Part shown: positions 9,123-17,893 of the stretch, piece after piece
Layout of the letters: every line of letters begins with the position of its first letter
Position numbering within the stretch: position 1 is the first letter of the stretch
NCBI GenBank assembly: GCA_944387895.1
Contig: CALXGQ010000021.1
Location: 15,199 to 79,198 of the forward strand
DNA: 64,000 nucleotides
Direction: 5' to 3'
Origin: an uncultured Clostridia bacterium
GTDB lineage: Bacteria > Bacillota > Clostridia > Oscillospirales > QAKW01
Program-made: the position numbers and the translations under genes
Notes under the pieces: generated by a model
The model's database searches: none
What the model saw: the letters and a program-made list of their open reading frames with translations, nothing else
Told to the model about the DNA's origin: nothing

Positions 9123-9150
9123 ATTATACCATATTTATTATGAATGTCAA
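9123..9150 (-). promoter_or_regulatory. Near-consensus SigA promoter of the NifU-like/GGGtGRT operon (TTGACA-16-TATAAT)
   Basis: The minus strand reads TTGACAttcataataaatatggTATAAT. The 47-nt leader contains the inverted repeat TGTGT-N5-ACACA (9099-9113). Confidence 0.6.
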
Positions 9151-9246
9151 CCACAAGGCCGCCTTCTGCGGCAAAAAACCCTCTTTTTCGCCGGGTGGAA
9201 ACAGAATAAAGAGAGCCGCGGCGATTGCGCCCCGGCTCCCGATAAA

Positions 9247-10116
9247 TCAGTCTTTGGCTTTAAAAACAACGCCCAGCACGCAGGGGCCCGCATGCGTGGC
9301 GATGATCGGGCCGATCTGATAATACTCCGCCGGCGGATAGCCCAGCGCTTCTTCCGCCGCCGCACGCATCTGCTCCCGATCCTCTTCGTTTTCCCCGTAT
9401 ACAATGATATAAGGCGCGCCTTCGGCGATCTCCGCCTTGACCTTTTTGGCGACAAAGGGCACGATCGCCTTTTCTCCCCGCACCTTATCCTTCGTGGTGA
9501 TTTTATGATCGCAGATCCGCATGATGGGCTTCATGCCGATCGCGTCCCCCACAAAGGCGGCCACGCTGGGGATCCGCCCGCTGCGGGCGGCATATTTCAG
9601 CGTATACAGCCCGGCGTATATGCGGCTGTGCTCCAGCCAGTCCTGCAAAAAGGCCAGGATCTCTTCCGGCTCCCGGCCGGCTTTGGCCATTTTGGCCGCC
9701 TCCACAACAGCATATCCATAGGCCGCCGTATAGGACCGCCCCTCCAGCGTATGGATCCGGATCTGCTCTCTGGCCTCCGGATGCTCCTGATAAAACTCCT
9801 CCAACGCCATGACCGAATTCTGATAAGTGGCCGAAGCCTCGGCGTTGATCAGAACCTGAATGACGTCGGTATATCCCTCTTCCCGGTACTCCTGATACAG
9901 GGCGGAGAACTGAAAGGGGGTGATCTGCGCGGTGGTCGGGACGCTCCCGCTTTCGGCCAGCAGCGCATAAAAGCTTTTATTGTCCAGCTCCCTGCGGCTG
10001 ACATATTCCTTTTCATCCAGCATCACTTTATAGCAAAGTACCCGGATCCCCAGCTCCCGCTCCGCAGTTTCGGGAATATCGCTGGCCGAATCGGTAACGA
10101 TCAGTATTTTTCTCAT
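9247..10116 (-). CDS. DegV family fatty-acid-binding protein
   Basis: 289 aa. MRKILIVTDSASDIPETAERELGIRVL and the overall pattern are typical of DegV. It starts 24 nt after the tetR stop. Confidence 0.85.
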   Translation of the reverse strand: MRKILIVTDSASDIPETAERELGIRVLCYKVMLDEKEYVSRRELDNKSFYALLAESGSVPTTAQITPFQFSALYQEYREEGYTDVIQVLINAEASATYQNSVMALEEFYQEHPEAREQIRIHTLEGRSYTAAYGYAVVEAAKMAKAGREPEEILAFLQDWLEHSRIYAGLYTLKYAARSGRIPSVAAFVGDAIGMKPIMRICDHKITTKDKVRGEKAIVPFVAKKVKAEIAEGAPYIIVYGENEEDREQMRAAAEEALGYPPAEYYQIGPIIATHAGPCVLGVVFKAKD

Positions 10117-10140
10117 GATAATATACTCCTTGTTATATAA

Positions 10141-10671
10141 TTATAAAGACAGATTGCCGCTGCTGTTCATGGAAATATAGATTTCCGCCATGCGATGAGG
10201 CGATTCCTTCTGGCCGTCCATGATCCAGTGCAGCAGCATATTATAGAAGGCGCCGGACGCGCAGCAAAGACGATAGTACGCCGATTCCGGGTACGACATC
10301 TTCATATACCGCTCGATATGCTCCAAAATCATCTCGCCCAGATTCGCCTTGACGGCGGATCGGATCAGCCGGGCGTATTGCCCCAGCTCCCTGAAAAGCA
10401 GCTCAAAGTAATCCACAGGCGAACGCAGGATATCGGCGGAAAGCAGGCTGTGGATCTGCTCTCCCACCGCCGCCATGAACCGGTTTATCACATCCTCCTT
10501 GGAGGAAAAGCTGCGGTAAAACGCCATGCGGGAAACGCCCGCCGCCTGGGTCAGGTCGGTCACAGTGATATCCGTATAATCCTTTTCCTGCATCAACGTC
10601 ATCAGCGCCTGGATCAGGCGGTTCCGGGAAAGACTGCTCCGCCCCGGCAGACGCTCAAACGGGTTGCTCAC
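10141..10671 (-). CDS. TetR/AcrR family transcriptional regulator
   Basis: GTG 10671 is preceded by AAAGGAGGGG. The HTH is ITVTDLTQAAGVSRMAFYRSFSSKEDV. The upstream part of the track ORF is R/G-rich and non-coding-like. Confidence 0.8.
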   Translation of the reverse strand: MSNPFERLPGRSSLSRNRLIQALMTLMQEKDYTDITVTDLTQAAGVSRMAFYRSFSSKEDVINRFMAAVGEQIHSLLSADILRSPVDYFELLFRELGQYARLIRSAVKANLGEMILEHIERYMKMSYPESAYYRLCCASGAFYNMLLHWIMDGQKESPHRMAEIYISMNSSGNLSL

Positions 10672-10690
10672 AGAACCCCTCCTTTCAAAC

Positions 10691-10725
10691 GTTACAAGTG
10701 TAACATCCTTTTGGTGGTTTGTCAA
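10691..10725 (-). promoter_or_regulatory. tetR-degV promoter (TTGACA-17-TACACT) with an overlapping 14-bp palindromic operator GTTACA-NN-TGTAAC
   Basis: -35 at 10720-10725 and -10 at 10697-10702. The perfect palindrome GTTACAAGTGTAAC at 10691-10704 covers the -10. Confidence 0.55.
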
Positions 10726-10785
10726 CAAAAAGATGGCGGTCGAAGAAAAAAAGCGCAGGCGGCGGGAAAAGGCGACCGTGCAGAG

Positions 10786-10834
10786 AAAAAGCAAAAAGCG
10801 CGGCCGGCTTCCCTTGCAGGGAGGCCGGCCGCGC
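10786..10834 (-). terminator. Intrinsic terminator after the DUF711 gene
   Basis: A 16-bp GC stem (GCGCGGCCGGCCTCCC/GGGAAGCCGGCCGCGC, 1 mismatch) is followed on the minus strand by TTTTTGCTTTTT. Confidence 0.75.
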
Positions 10835-10855
10835 GCAGCGAACCTTCGATTTAAT

Positions 10856-12214
10856 TTAATTGCGCAGAGAGTGGATCGGCGCCGGGATCCGGCCGCCGCG
10901 CCGGATGAACTTCTCGCTGCTCTCCCGGTGAACCGGCATGACCGGCGCTTCCCCCAGCAGGCCGCCGAAAGACACCCGATCCCCCACGCCCTTTCCAATC
11001 GCCGGGATCACCCGCACCGCCGTGGTCTTGTTGTTGATCACACCGATGCTGATCTCATCGGCAATAATGGCCGCGATGGTAGAGGCGGGGGTATCCCCCG
11101 GGATCGCGATCATATCCAGCCCGACGGAGCAAACAGCCGTCATGGCCTCCAGCTTATCCAGCGTCAGAACCCCTTCGCCGGCGGCGCGGATCATCCCCGC
11201 GTCCTCGGAAACCGGGATAAAGGCCCCGCTCAGCCCGCCAACATGGGCGGAAGCCATGGTTCCGCCTTTTTTCACCGCGTCGTTCAGCAGGGCAAGGCAG
11301 GCGGTGGTGCCGTGGGTCCCGCAGCGCTCCAGCCCCATCTCCTCCAGAATATGGGCGACAGAATCCCCCACCGCCGGGGTCGGCGCAAGAGAAAGATCAA
11401 CGATCCCGAAGGGGACGTTCAGCCGCCGGCAGGCCTCGCTGGCCACCATCTGCCCCATGCGGGTGATCTTAAAGGCTGTTTTTTTCACAATATCGGCGAT
11501 TTCCGTTATGTTGGCGTCGGGATGCTTGGCGATGGCGCTGCTCACAACGCCCGGCCCGGATACGCCCACGTTGATGACGCATTCCCCCTCGCCTACGCCG
11601 TGGAAGGCGCCCGCCATAAAGGGATTATCCTCCGGAACATTGGCAAATACCACCAGCTTGGCGCAGCCGATGGAATCCTCCTCCGCCGTGCATTCCGCGC
11701 AGGCGCGGATGATTTCCCCCATCAGGCCGACGGCGTCCAGATTGATGCCGGCCTTCGTTGTCGCCACGTTGATGGAGGAGCATACCCGGGAGGTTTCCTT
11801 CAGCGCCCGGGGCAGGGAGCGGATCAGGTTCAGATCGCTTTGGGTGGCGGCCTTATGCACCAGCGCGGAATAACCGCCGACAAAGTTGACGCCGCAGGCT
11901 ACGGCCGCCCGCTCCAGCGTCTTTGCCACCTGCACCATCTCCTCCTCCGTATAACCGGGCGTCACCAGCGCGACCGGCGTTACCGCCACCCGCTTATTGA
12001 TGATCGGGATCCCGTAGGAACGGGCAATGTCGTCGCAGGTTTGAACCAGCGTTCCTGCCAGACGGGTGATCTTTTCATAAACCCGCCCGCAAAAGGCATC
12101 CGGATCCCGATCCACGCAGTCGAACAGCGAGATCCCCATCGTCACGGTGCGGATGTCCAGATGCTCCTCATCGATCATTTTGATCGTTTCAATAATATCA
12201 CCGGGGTTCAGCAT
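10856..12214 (-). CDS. UPF0210/PFL-like DUF711 family protein
   Basis: 452 aa. [33 protein letters not shown] is the characteristic N-terminus. The RBS is AAGGAG. Confidence 0.85.
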   Translation of the reverse strand: MLNPGDIIETIKMIDEEHLDIRTVTMGISLFDCVDRDPDAFCGRVYEKITRLAGTLVQTCDDIARSYGIPIINKRVAVTPVALVTPGYTEEEMVQVAKTLERAAVACGVNFVGGYSALVHKAATQSDLNLIRSLPRALKETSRVCSSINVATTKAGINLDAVGLMGEIIRACAECTAEEDSIGCAKLVVFANVPEDNPFMAGAFHGVGEGECVINVGVSGPGVVSSAIAKHPDANITEIADIVKKTAFKITRMGQMVASEACRRLNVPFGIVDLSLAPTPAVGDSVAHILEEMGLERCGTHGTTACLALLNDAVKKGGTMASAHVGGLSGAFIPVSEDAGMIRAAGEGVLTLDKLEAMTAVCSVGLDMIAIPGDTPASTIAAIIADEISIGVINNKTTAVRVIPAIGKGVGDRVSFGGLLGEAPVMPVHRESSEKFIRRGGRIPAPIHSLRN

Positions 12215-12225
12215 GGCGCTTCTCC

Positions 12226-12495
12226 TTATATCCGATGCATGGCGTCAAAGACGTCCTCATGCATCACATGGACAATCAGACCCATCTCCCGGCCGGCGTC
12301 CTCCAGCAGCTTGGCAAGTGCGGGAAAATCCTTTTCCGTTTCCCGGATCTCCACCCACATAATCATCGTGAAGGTATCGTGCAGCACCTTCTGGGTGATG
12401 TCGTTGATATTGACGTTGTTCTCGGCGCAGATCCCGGAAAGCCTGGCGATGATGCCTACCTTGTCCCGCCCGATGACGGATATCACAGCGTTCAT
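12226..12495 (-). CDS. ACT-domain protein (UPF0237 type)
   Basis: 89 aa from ATG 12495 (GAGAGG RBS): [30 protein letters not shown]. It lies 11 nt upstream of the DUF711 gene, which is the conserved pairing. Confidence 0.85.
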   Translation of the reverse strand: MNAVISVIGRDKVGIIARLSGICAENNVNINDITQKVLHDTFTMIMWVEIRETEKDFPALAKLLEDAGREMGLIVHVMHEDVFDAMHRI

Positions 12496-12565
12496 AATGT
12501 ACCTCTCTTTTTTGCGAATAGTCATCTTTTATTTTATCACGTTCCGGCTAAAAAGCAATCTTTTC

Positions 12566-12593
12566 TTGTAAAATTTCCGTTTTATGTTAAAAT
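12566..12593 (+). promoter_or_regulatory. Promoter of ispE (TTGTAA-16-TAAAAT)
   Basis: Motifs lie at 12566-12571 and 12588-12593, 31 nt before the TTG start. Confidence 0.45.
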
Positions 12594-12624
12594 AAAAGAA
12601 AGAAATCTTGCGGGAGGGAGCTAC

Positions 12625-13506
12625 TTGAACACCGTATCTTTACGCGCCTATGCCAAAATCAATCTGAGCCTGGACGTCGTCGGCCGGCGGGAGGACGGCT
12701 ATCATCTGCTGGAATCGGTCTTTCAGGGGATCTCTCTTTATGACGAGGTGCGGGTTCGCCGGGAAACCGGAAGCGGCGGCATCCGCATCCGCTGCACACC
12801 CGCCTTTATCCCGACGGACGAGCGCAATATCGCCTACAAAGCGGCCGCCGCCTTCTTCCGCGCCGCCGGCATCGAGCGCTATCAAATTACCATCGACCTG
12901 CGCAAGAAAATCCCTTCCGGCGCCGGGCTGGGCGGAGGCAGCGCCGACGGCGCCGCGGTTTTCTCCGCGCTCTGCCGGCTATATCATCGCCCCTTCCCCA
13001 CCGAAGCGGCCGCCGCCGTTCTGCTCCCCTTAGGCGCCGATATCCCCTTTTTTCTCTACAGCGGAACCATGCTGGCGCAGGGCATCGGCGAAATCCTCAC
13101 CCCCGCGCCCCCGCTCCCGGATTGCTTCATCGTTGTGGCCAAGCCCCGGGCAGGCGCCAATACCAAAAAAATCTTCAGCCGGCTGGCGGAGGCGGGGATC
13201 CCGGCGCACCCGGACACCCAGGCTGTTCTGCGCGCCCTTCAAAACCGGGATCTCGCCCTTCTCGCCGCCGCGGCGGGAAATGTTCTGGAAAACGCAACCA
13301 TTCCGCTCTGCCCCAAAATCGCCCTCCTGAAGGACGTGCTGAAGCAGGAAGGCGCGGCGCTGGCGCTGATGACCGGCAGCGGAAGCGCCGTTTTCGGCAT
13401 CTTTGAAAAAGAGAAAACCGCCCGCAGAGCCATGAAGGCGCTCCTGCCCCATACCCGAACCGTTTTTCTCACCCGTCCGGTGTGCCGCCCGATGCGGACG
13501 GAATGA
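12625..13506 (+). CDS. ispE: 4-diphosphocytidyl-2-C-methyl-D-erythritol kinase
   Basis: TTG 12625 lies just after GGGAGGGAG. It has AYAKINLSLDVVGRREDGYHLLESVF and the GHMP motif PSGAGLGGGSADGAA. The 5' part of the track ORF is antisense to the ACT gene. Confidence 0.85.
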   Translation: MNTVSLRAYAKINLSLDVVGRREDGYHLLESVFQGISLYDEVRVRRETGSGGIRIRCTPAFIPTDERNIAYKAAAAFFRAAGIERYQITIDLRKKIPSGAGLGGGSADGAAVFSALCRLYHRPFPTEAAAAVLLPLGADIPFFLYSGTMLAQGIGEILTPAPPLPDCFIVVAKPRAGANTKKIFSRLAEAGIPAHPDTQAVLRALQNRDLALLAAAAGNVLENATIPLCPKIALLKDVLKQEGAALALMTGSGSAVFGIFEKEKTARRAMKALLPHTRTVFLTRPVCRPMRTE

Positions 13507-13573
13507 TCCACCCCGCCGCTTTGCACCGCCCGATGCGGACGGTATGATCCCCCCCACCGCTTTGCGCCGCCCG
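13485..13573. repeat. 41-bp tandem direct repeat, about 2.2 copies, spanning the ispE stop codon
   Basis: Units start at 13485, 13526 and 13567 (CCGCCCGATGCGGACGG[A/T]ATGATCC...CCGCTTTGC). Copy 1 encodes the IspE C-terminus. Confidence 0.8.
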
Positions 13574-13660
13574 TCCCGGCGCCGTTACAGAAAAACCGAC
13601 GGAAAAGAAAAAAATTCGGTTTTTTTAAAAGAAAAAAATTCAGGATTTTTTAAAAAACTC

Positions 13661-13689
13661 TTTACAAATTACTTCTTGTCCGCTATAAT
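13661..13689 (+). promoter_or_regulatory. Promoter of tRNA-Thr (TTTACA-17-TATAAT) with an AT-rich upstream element
   Basis: TTTACA at 13661-13666 and TATAAT at 13684-13689. An A/T-rich duplicated stretch lies upstream (13600-13660). Confidence 0.6.
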
Positions 13690-13714
13690 AGTAAAGTATC
13701 CTTTAAGCTATTAT

Positions 13715-13790
13715 GCTGATGTAGCTCAGTAGGTAGAGTGCATCCTTGGTAAGGATGAGGTCGTCAGTTCAACTCTGATCATCAGCTCCA
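13715..13790 (+). tRNA. tRNA-Thr (anticodon GGT)
   Basis: Cloverleaf read by eye. The acceptor stem is GCTGATG/CATCAGC, the D-arm AGCTCAGTAGGTAGAG, the anticodon stem-loop CATCC-TTGGTAA-GGATG and the T-arm GTCAG-TTCAACT-CTGAT. The CCA end is encoded. Confidence 0.9.
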
Positions 13791-13962
13791 CAGATCAATC
13801 GCTCCAATAGGGGCGGTTTTTCTTTTTGGGCGGTTTTCTTATTCGACGGTATATCTTTTCCGGCGGTTTTTCCGTAATCTTTTCCGGCAATTTTTCTTTT
13901 TTCCGGGGCGGTTTTTCCCGCCCTGCTCCATCTGGTATTATTAAATTATTGAAAACTGATTA

Positions 13963-13991
13963 TTTTGATAGAGTCAAATTTGCTTTATAAT
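13963..13991 (+). promoter_or_regulatory. Promoter of the small transporter gene (TTTTGA/TTGATA ... TATAAT)
   Basis: TATAAT at 13986-13991, with TTGATA at 13965-13970 (15-nt spacer) or TTTTGA at 13963-13968 (17-nt spacer). The leader is short, with an AAAGGAG RBS. Confidence 0.4.
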
Positions 13992-14017
13992 GGTGGAAAA
14001 ATCAAAGGAGAACCCCT

Positions 14018-14533
14018 ATGAAACGCGCACATCTTTCAAACATCGTTTTCACAGCCCTTTTTGCGGCGCTGATTCTGGCCGTCACCCGGCTTTCCGTGCC
14101 CATCGCGCTGGGCTATATCCATCTGGGCGACGCCATGATCTATCTCGCCGCGCTGATCCTCCCCGCGCCCTATGCGGCGGCGGCCGCCGCCATCGGGACA
14201 GGGCTGGCCGATTTCACAGCCGGATATGCAGTTTACGTTCTTCCCTCCGTCGTCATCAAAACCCTGCTGGTGCTGGCGGCGAAAGGGCTTTGCAGATTAT
14301 CCGGGAAGCCCGCGATACAGGACGGGCTGGTCTGCGCCGCCGGTATCATCACGGTGGTCGGCTATTACCTTGCGGACGCGGTGATCGCCCTTGCCGCCGG
14401 CAGCGATCCCGCCGCGGCGTTTACCGGCGCCCTTTCGGGGATTCCCTTCAACGCGATCCAGGCGGCCGCTTCCGGCGCCCTCTACTTTCTGCTGGCCGCG
14501 GCGGTGCGGAAAGGCTTTCAAAAATATCTTTGA
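14018..14533 (+). CDS. Small polytopic membrane protein, probable ECF-type S component/vitamin transporter (substrate unknown)
   Basis: 171 aa with 5-6 predicted TM helices, rich in A/G. The AAAGGAG RBS lies 8 nt upstream. No riboswitch-sized leader is present. Confidence 0.45.
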   Translation: MKRAHLSNIVFTALFAALILAVTRLSVPIALGYIHLGDAMIYLAALILPAPYAAAAAAIGTGLADFTAGYAVYVLPSVVIKTLLVLAAKGLCRLSGKPAIQDGLVCAAGIITVVGYYLADAVIALAAGSDPAAAFTGALSGIPFNAIQAAASGALYFLLAAAVRKGFQKYL

Positions 14534-14744
14534 GCCCAAAGGAGCTTCGCTCCAATCCCCTGGTTTTGCCGGAAAAAGCCCCGGTTTTGCTCCGCCAGGC
14601 GGCGGGCTTTCTCCCCCCAGCTCCAAAGAAGATAAAAGAAAGGGCGTTTTGTCTTTTATCGGAGAAAAAACACCGGAGAAGGCGTTTTTCTTTCAAAGGA
14701 AACTGCCGGGGAAGACGCTTTGCCTTTCAAAAAGAAGATAAAAA

Positions 14745-14787
14745 CCCCACCGGGGAAGGCGCTTTACCTTCCCCGGTGGGGTTTTCT
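14745..14787. terminator. Bidirectional intrinsic terminator between the transporter gene and icd
   Basis: Perfect 15-bp stem CCCCACCGGGGAAGG/CCTTCCCCGGTGGGG, flanked by AAAAA on the left and TTTTCTTTC on the right. Confidence 0.85.
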
Positions 14788-14804
14788 TTCGTTTAGTCAA
14801 ATGC

Positions 14805-15944
14805 TCAGAGCTTCGTCACCGTATCCATGACGTAATCGGCGAACTCCTTGCAGGTGGCGCCGGTATTACGGCCGGTAATAACCACCTTTTCATTGGCGAC
14901 AGCCAATGCCTTTTCCAGCTTTTCCGCCTCCTGCGTGCGGCAGATATGGCGCAGGAGCATCGCCGCCGCTTTCAGGATGCTGGCGGGATTGGCATATTCG
15001 CCGCGCCCCATTTCGATCATGCGGGGGGCGGAGCCGTGGATCGCTTCAAACATCGCATAGCGGTCGCCCACGTTGGCGCTGCCCGCCGTTCCGACGCCGC
15101 CCTGAATCTGCGCCGCCTCATCGGTGATGATGTCGCCGTAGAGATTGGGCAGGACAAACACCTGGAACTGGCTGCGCCGCGCTTCATTGACCAGATTGGC
15201 AGTCATGATGTCGATATACCAGTCCTCGGCGGTGATGCCGGGGTACTCGGCGGCGATCTCATGGCAGATGGCGGAGAAGGTGCCGTCGGTCTTTTTCATG
15301 ATGTTGGCCTTTGTTACGATCGCCACGTTGGTCTTGCCGTTGTTTTTGGCATATTCAAAAGCGGCGCGGGCGATCCGGCGGGTTCCCGCGTCGGTCGTCA
15401 CCTTGAAATCCATGGCAAGCTTGCCGGGAATTTCAACGCCGCGGCTGCCCAGCACATATTCCCCTTCGCTGTTTTCACGATAGAAGATCCAGTCGATCCC
15501 CAGCTCGGGAACGGCGACCGGGCGCACATTGGCATACAGATCCAGCTCCCGCCGCATGGCTACATTCGCGCTCTCCAGGCTTCCGCCGTGGGGCGTGGTG
15601 GTGGGGCCCTTCAGAATCACGTCGCAGGCCTTCAGCGCCTCCAGCGTATCGTCGGGGATCGCCTTGCCGACAGCCTGCCGCTTCTCGATGGTCAGGCCGT
15701 CGATGGTGCGGATCTCGATCTTTCCGGCTTCTATTTCCTTTTTCAGCAGAAATTCCAGAACCCGCTCCCCTTCCCGGGTAATGATCGGCCCGATGCCATC
15801 GCCGCCGCAGACGCCGATCACGATCTTTTCCATCCGGGAAAAGTCCTTGACCTCCGCGCCCGCTTCCATTCTGTTCTGACGCTCCAGCTGCTCGGTGATG
15901 AGGGTGCGGAAGCTTTCAACCGCCTGATCGATATACTGATTCAT
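14805..15944 (-). CDS. icd: Isocitrate dehydrogenase (isocitrate/isopropylmalate dehydrogenase family)
   Basis: 379 aa. It has the family motif LPNLYGDIITDEAAQIQGGVGTAGSAN and lies 4 nt downstream of the aconitase gene. Confidence 0.8.
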   Translation of the reverse strand: MNQYIDQAVESFRTLITEQLERQNRMEAGAEVKDFSRMEKIVIGVCGGDGIGPIITREGERVLEFLLKKEIEAGKIEIRTIDGLTIEKRQAVGKAIPDDTLEALKACDVILKGPTTTPHGGSLESANVAMRRELDLYANVRPVAVPELGIDWIFYRENSEGEYVLGSRGVEIPGKLAMDFKVTTDAGTRRIARAAFEYAKNNGKTNVAIVTKANIMKKTDGTFSAICHEIAAEYPGITAEDWYIDIMTANLVNEARRSQFQVFVLPNLYGDIITDEAAQIQGGVGTAGSANVGDRYAMFEAIHGSAPRMIEMGRGEYANPASILKAAAMLLRHICRTQEAEKLEKALAVANEKVVITGRNTGATCKEFADYVMDTVTKL

Positions 15945-15948
15945 TTTC

Positions 15949-17880
15949 TTACTCTCCTTGCTCTTTGGTATAAGCCAGCAGGCTGCCGGCCTTCAATATT
16001 GCCTTCTGCCGATCGGTGAACCCGCAGACCAGCGGGATCTCCAACCCTTTCGTTTCATCCAGCAGCGTCATTTTTCCGGCGTCCATGCCCGCATAAATAT
16101 TCCGGATCGTCAACCGGTCGCCCTGGTCGATCTTGTCGTAGTCCTCGGAATTCTCAAAGGTCAGCGGCATGATGCCCGCGTTGATCAGATTGGCGATATG
16201 GATCCGGGCAAAGCTCTTGGTGATAACGGCCCGCACCCCCAGATAAAGGGGCACCAGCGCCGCGTGCTCCCGCGAGGAGCCCTGACCGTAGTTCATGCCG
16301 CCCACAATGATGCTCTCTCCCGCTTCCCTGGCCCGCTCCGGGAAGGTTGGATCGCAAACGCCGAAGCAAAACTGGGAAAGATAGGGGATATTGGAGCGAT
16401 AGGGCAGGATCTTCGCCCCCGCCGGCATGATATGATCGGTGGTGATATGATCGCCGACCTTCAGCACCAGAGGCGCGGAAAGCGTATCCTGCTGAGGACG
16501 GGCGTCGGGGAATTTTTTGATATTGGGGCCGCGCAGGATCTCCAGCGTCTTCGCCTCCTCCGGCGAAGCGGGGGGGATGACCGCGCTGTCGTCGATCTTG
16601 AAGCGATCCGGCAGCTCCACCTTCGGGCAGGCACCCAGCAGAGTGGGATCGGTGATTTCTCCGGTCAGGGCGGCGGCGACCGCCGTTTCGGGAGAAACAA
16701 GATAGACCTTGCCGTCGGCCGTTCCGCTGCGGCCTTCAAAGTTCCGGTTGAAGGTACGCAGGCTCACGCCGCCGGAATTGGGAGAAAATCCCATCCCGAT
16801 GCAGGGGCCGCAGGCGCATTCCAGCACCCGGGCGCCGCTGGCCAGAATATCCGAAAGGGCGCCGCAGTCCGCCAGCATGGAAAGCACCTGCTTGGAGCCG
16901 GGAGAGATGGAAAGGCTGACCTCGGGAGAAATGGTCTTTCCCTTCAGCAGCGCCGCCACCTTCAGCATATCCAGCAGCGAGGAATTGGTGCAGGAGCCAA
17001 TGCAGACCTGATCCACTTTGGTGCCCTTCAGGGAAGAAACCTTCACCACGTTATCCGGGCTGTGGGGACAGGCGATCAGCGGTTCCAGCGTCGAAAGATC
17101 GATTTCGATCACCCGGTCGTATTCCGCGTCCGGATCGCTGGCCAGCGGACGGTAATCCTCGCCGCGGCCCTCCGCCTCCAGAAACGCCTTTGTTATCTCG
17201 TCGGAAGGGAAGATCGAGGTGGTGGCGCCCAGCTCGGTCCCCATATTGGTGATGGTGGCGCGCTCGGGCACGCTCAGGGTTTTCACCCCTTCGCCGCCCC
17301 ATTCGATGATATAGCCCACGCCGCCCTTGACCGACAGAAGCCTTAAAATTTCCAGGCTGACATCCTTGGCCGTGACAAAATCCCGCAGCCGCCCGGTCAG
17401 ATTGACCCGGATCATTTTCGGCATGGTGATATAGTAGGCGCCGCCGCCCATGGCTACCGCCACGTCCAGCCCGCCGGCGCCGAAGGCCAGCATCCCGATA
17501 CCGCCGCCGGTGGGGGTATGGCTATCGGAGCCGATCAGCGTTTTGCCCGGAATCCCGAAGCGCTCCAGATGCACCTGATGACAAATCCCGTTCCCCGGCC
17601 GGGAAAAATAGATCCCGTGCTTTTTGGCGATGGACTGGATAAACCGATGGTCGTCGGCATTCTCAAATCCCGACTGCAGCGTATTATGGTCGATATAGGC
17701 CACGCTCCGCTCGGTCCGAACCCGGTCGATCCCCATGGTTTCAAATTCCAGATAGGCCATGGTTCCGGTGGCGTCCTGCGTCAGCGTCTGATCGATGCGG
17801 AGCGCAATTTCCGTCCCGGGAACCATCTCGCCGCTGAGCAGATGATCCCTGATGATTTTCTGCGCAATTGTAAGTCCCAT
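15949..17880 (-). CDS. Aconitate hydratase
   Basis: 643 aa from ATG 17880 (GAAAGGAAGAG RBS): MGLTIAQKIIRDHL.. The Fe-S ligand motifs are IGSDSHT, GSCTNSS and CGPCIGMG. Confidence 0.9.
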   Translation of the reverse strand: MGLTIAQKIIRDHLLSGEMVPGTEIALRIDQTLTQDATGTMAYLEFETMGIDRVRTERSVAYIDHNTLQSGFENADDHRFIQSIAKKHGIYFSRPGNGICHQVHLERFGIPGKTLIGSDSHTPTGGGIGMLAFGAGGLDVAVAMGGGAYYITMPKMIRVNLTGRLRDFVTAKDVSLEILRLLSVKGGVGYIIEWGGEGVKTLSVPERATITNMGTELGATTSIFPSDEITKAFLEAEGRGEDYRPLASDPDAEYDRVIEIDLSTLEPLIACPHSPDNVVKVSSLKGTKVDQVCIGSCTNSSLLDMLKVAALLKGKTISPEVSLSISPGSKQVLSMLADCGALSDILASGARVLECACGPCIGMGFSPNSGGVSLRTFNRNFEGRSGTADGKVYLVSPETAVAAALTGEITDPTLLGACPKVELPDRFKIDDSAVIPPASPEEAKTLEILRGPNIKKFPDARPQQDTLSAPLVLKVGDHITTDHIMPAGAKILPYRSNIPYLSQFCFGVCDPTFPERAREAGESIIVGGMNYGQGSSREHAALVPLYLGVRAVITKSFARIHIANLINAGIMPLTFENSEDYDKIDQGDRLTIRNIYAGMDAGKMTLLDETKGLEIPLVCGFTDRQKAILKAGSLLAYTKEQGE

Positions 17881-17893
17881 TTTTCTCTTCCTT

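Noticed and set aside
10664-12571. 635-aa ORF on the plus strand, one of the longest in the window
   Set aside because: It is entirely antisense to the well-supported DUF711 and ACT genes. Its translation is R/G/P/H-rich low complexity with no recognisable motif, which is typical of spurious open frames in high-GC DNA.
13799-14556. 10-bp direct repeat TCGCTCCAAT on both sides of the small transporter gene (13799-13808 and 14547-14556), considered as a target-site duplication
   Set aside because: A single exact 10-mer pair within 1 kb is expected by chance at roughly even odds. There are no inverted repeats, no transposase and no GC shift.
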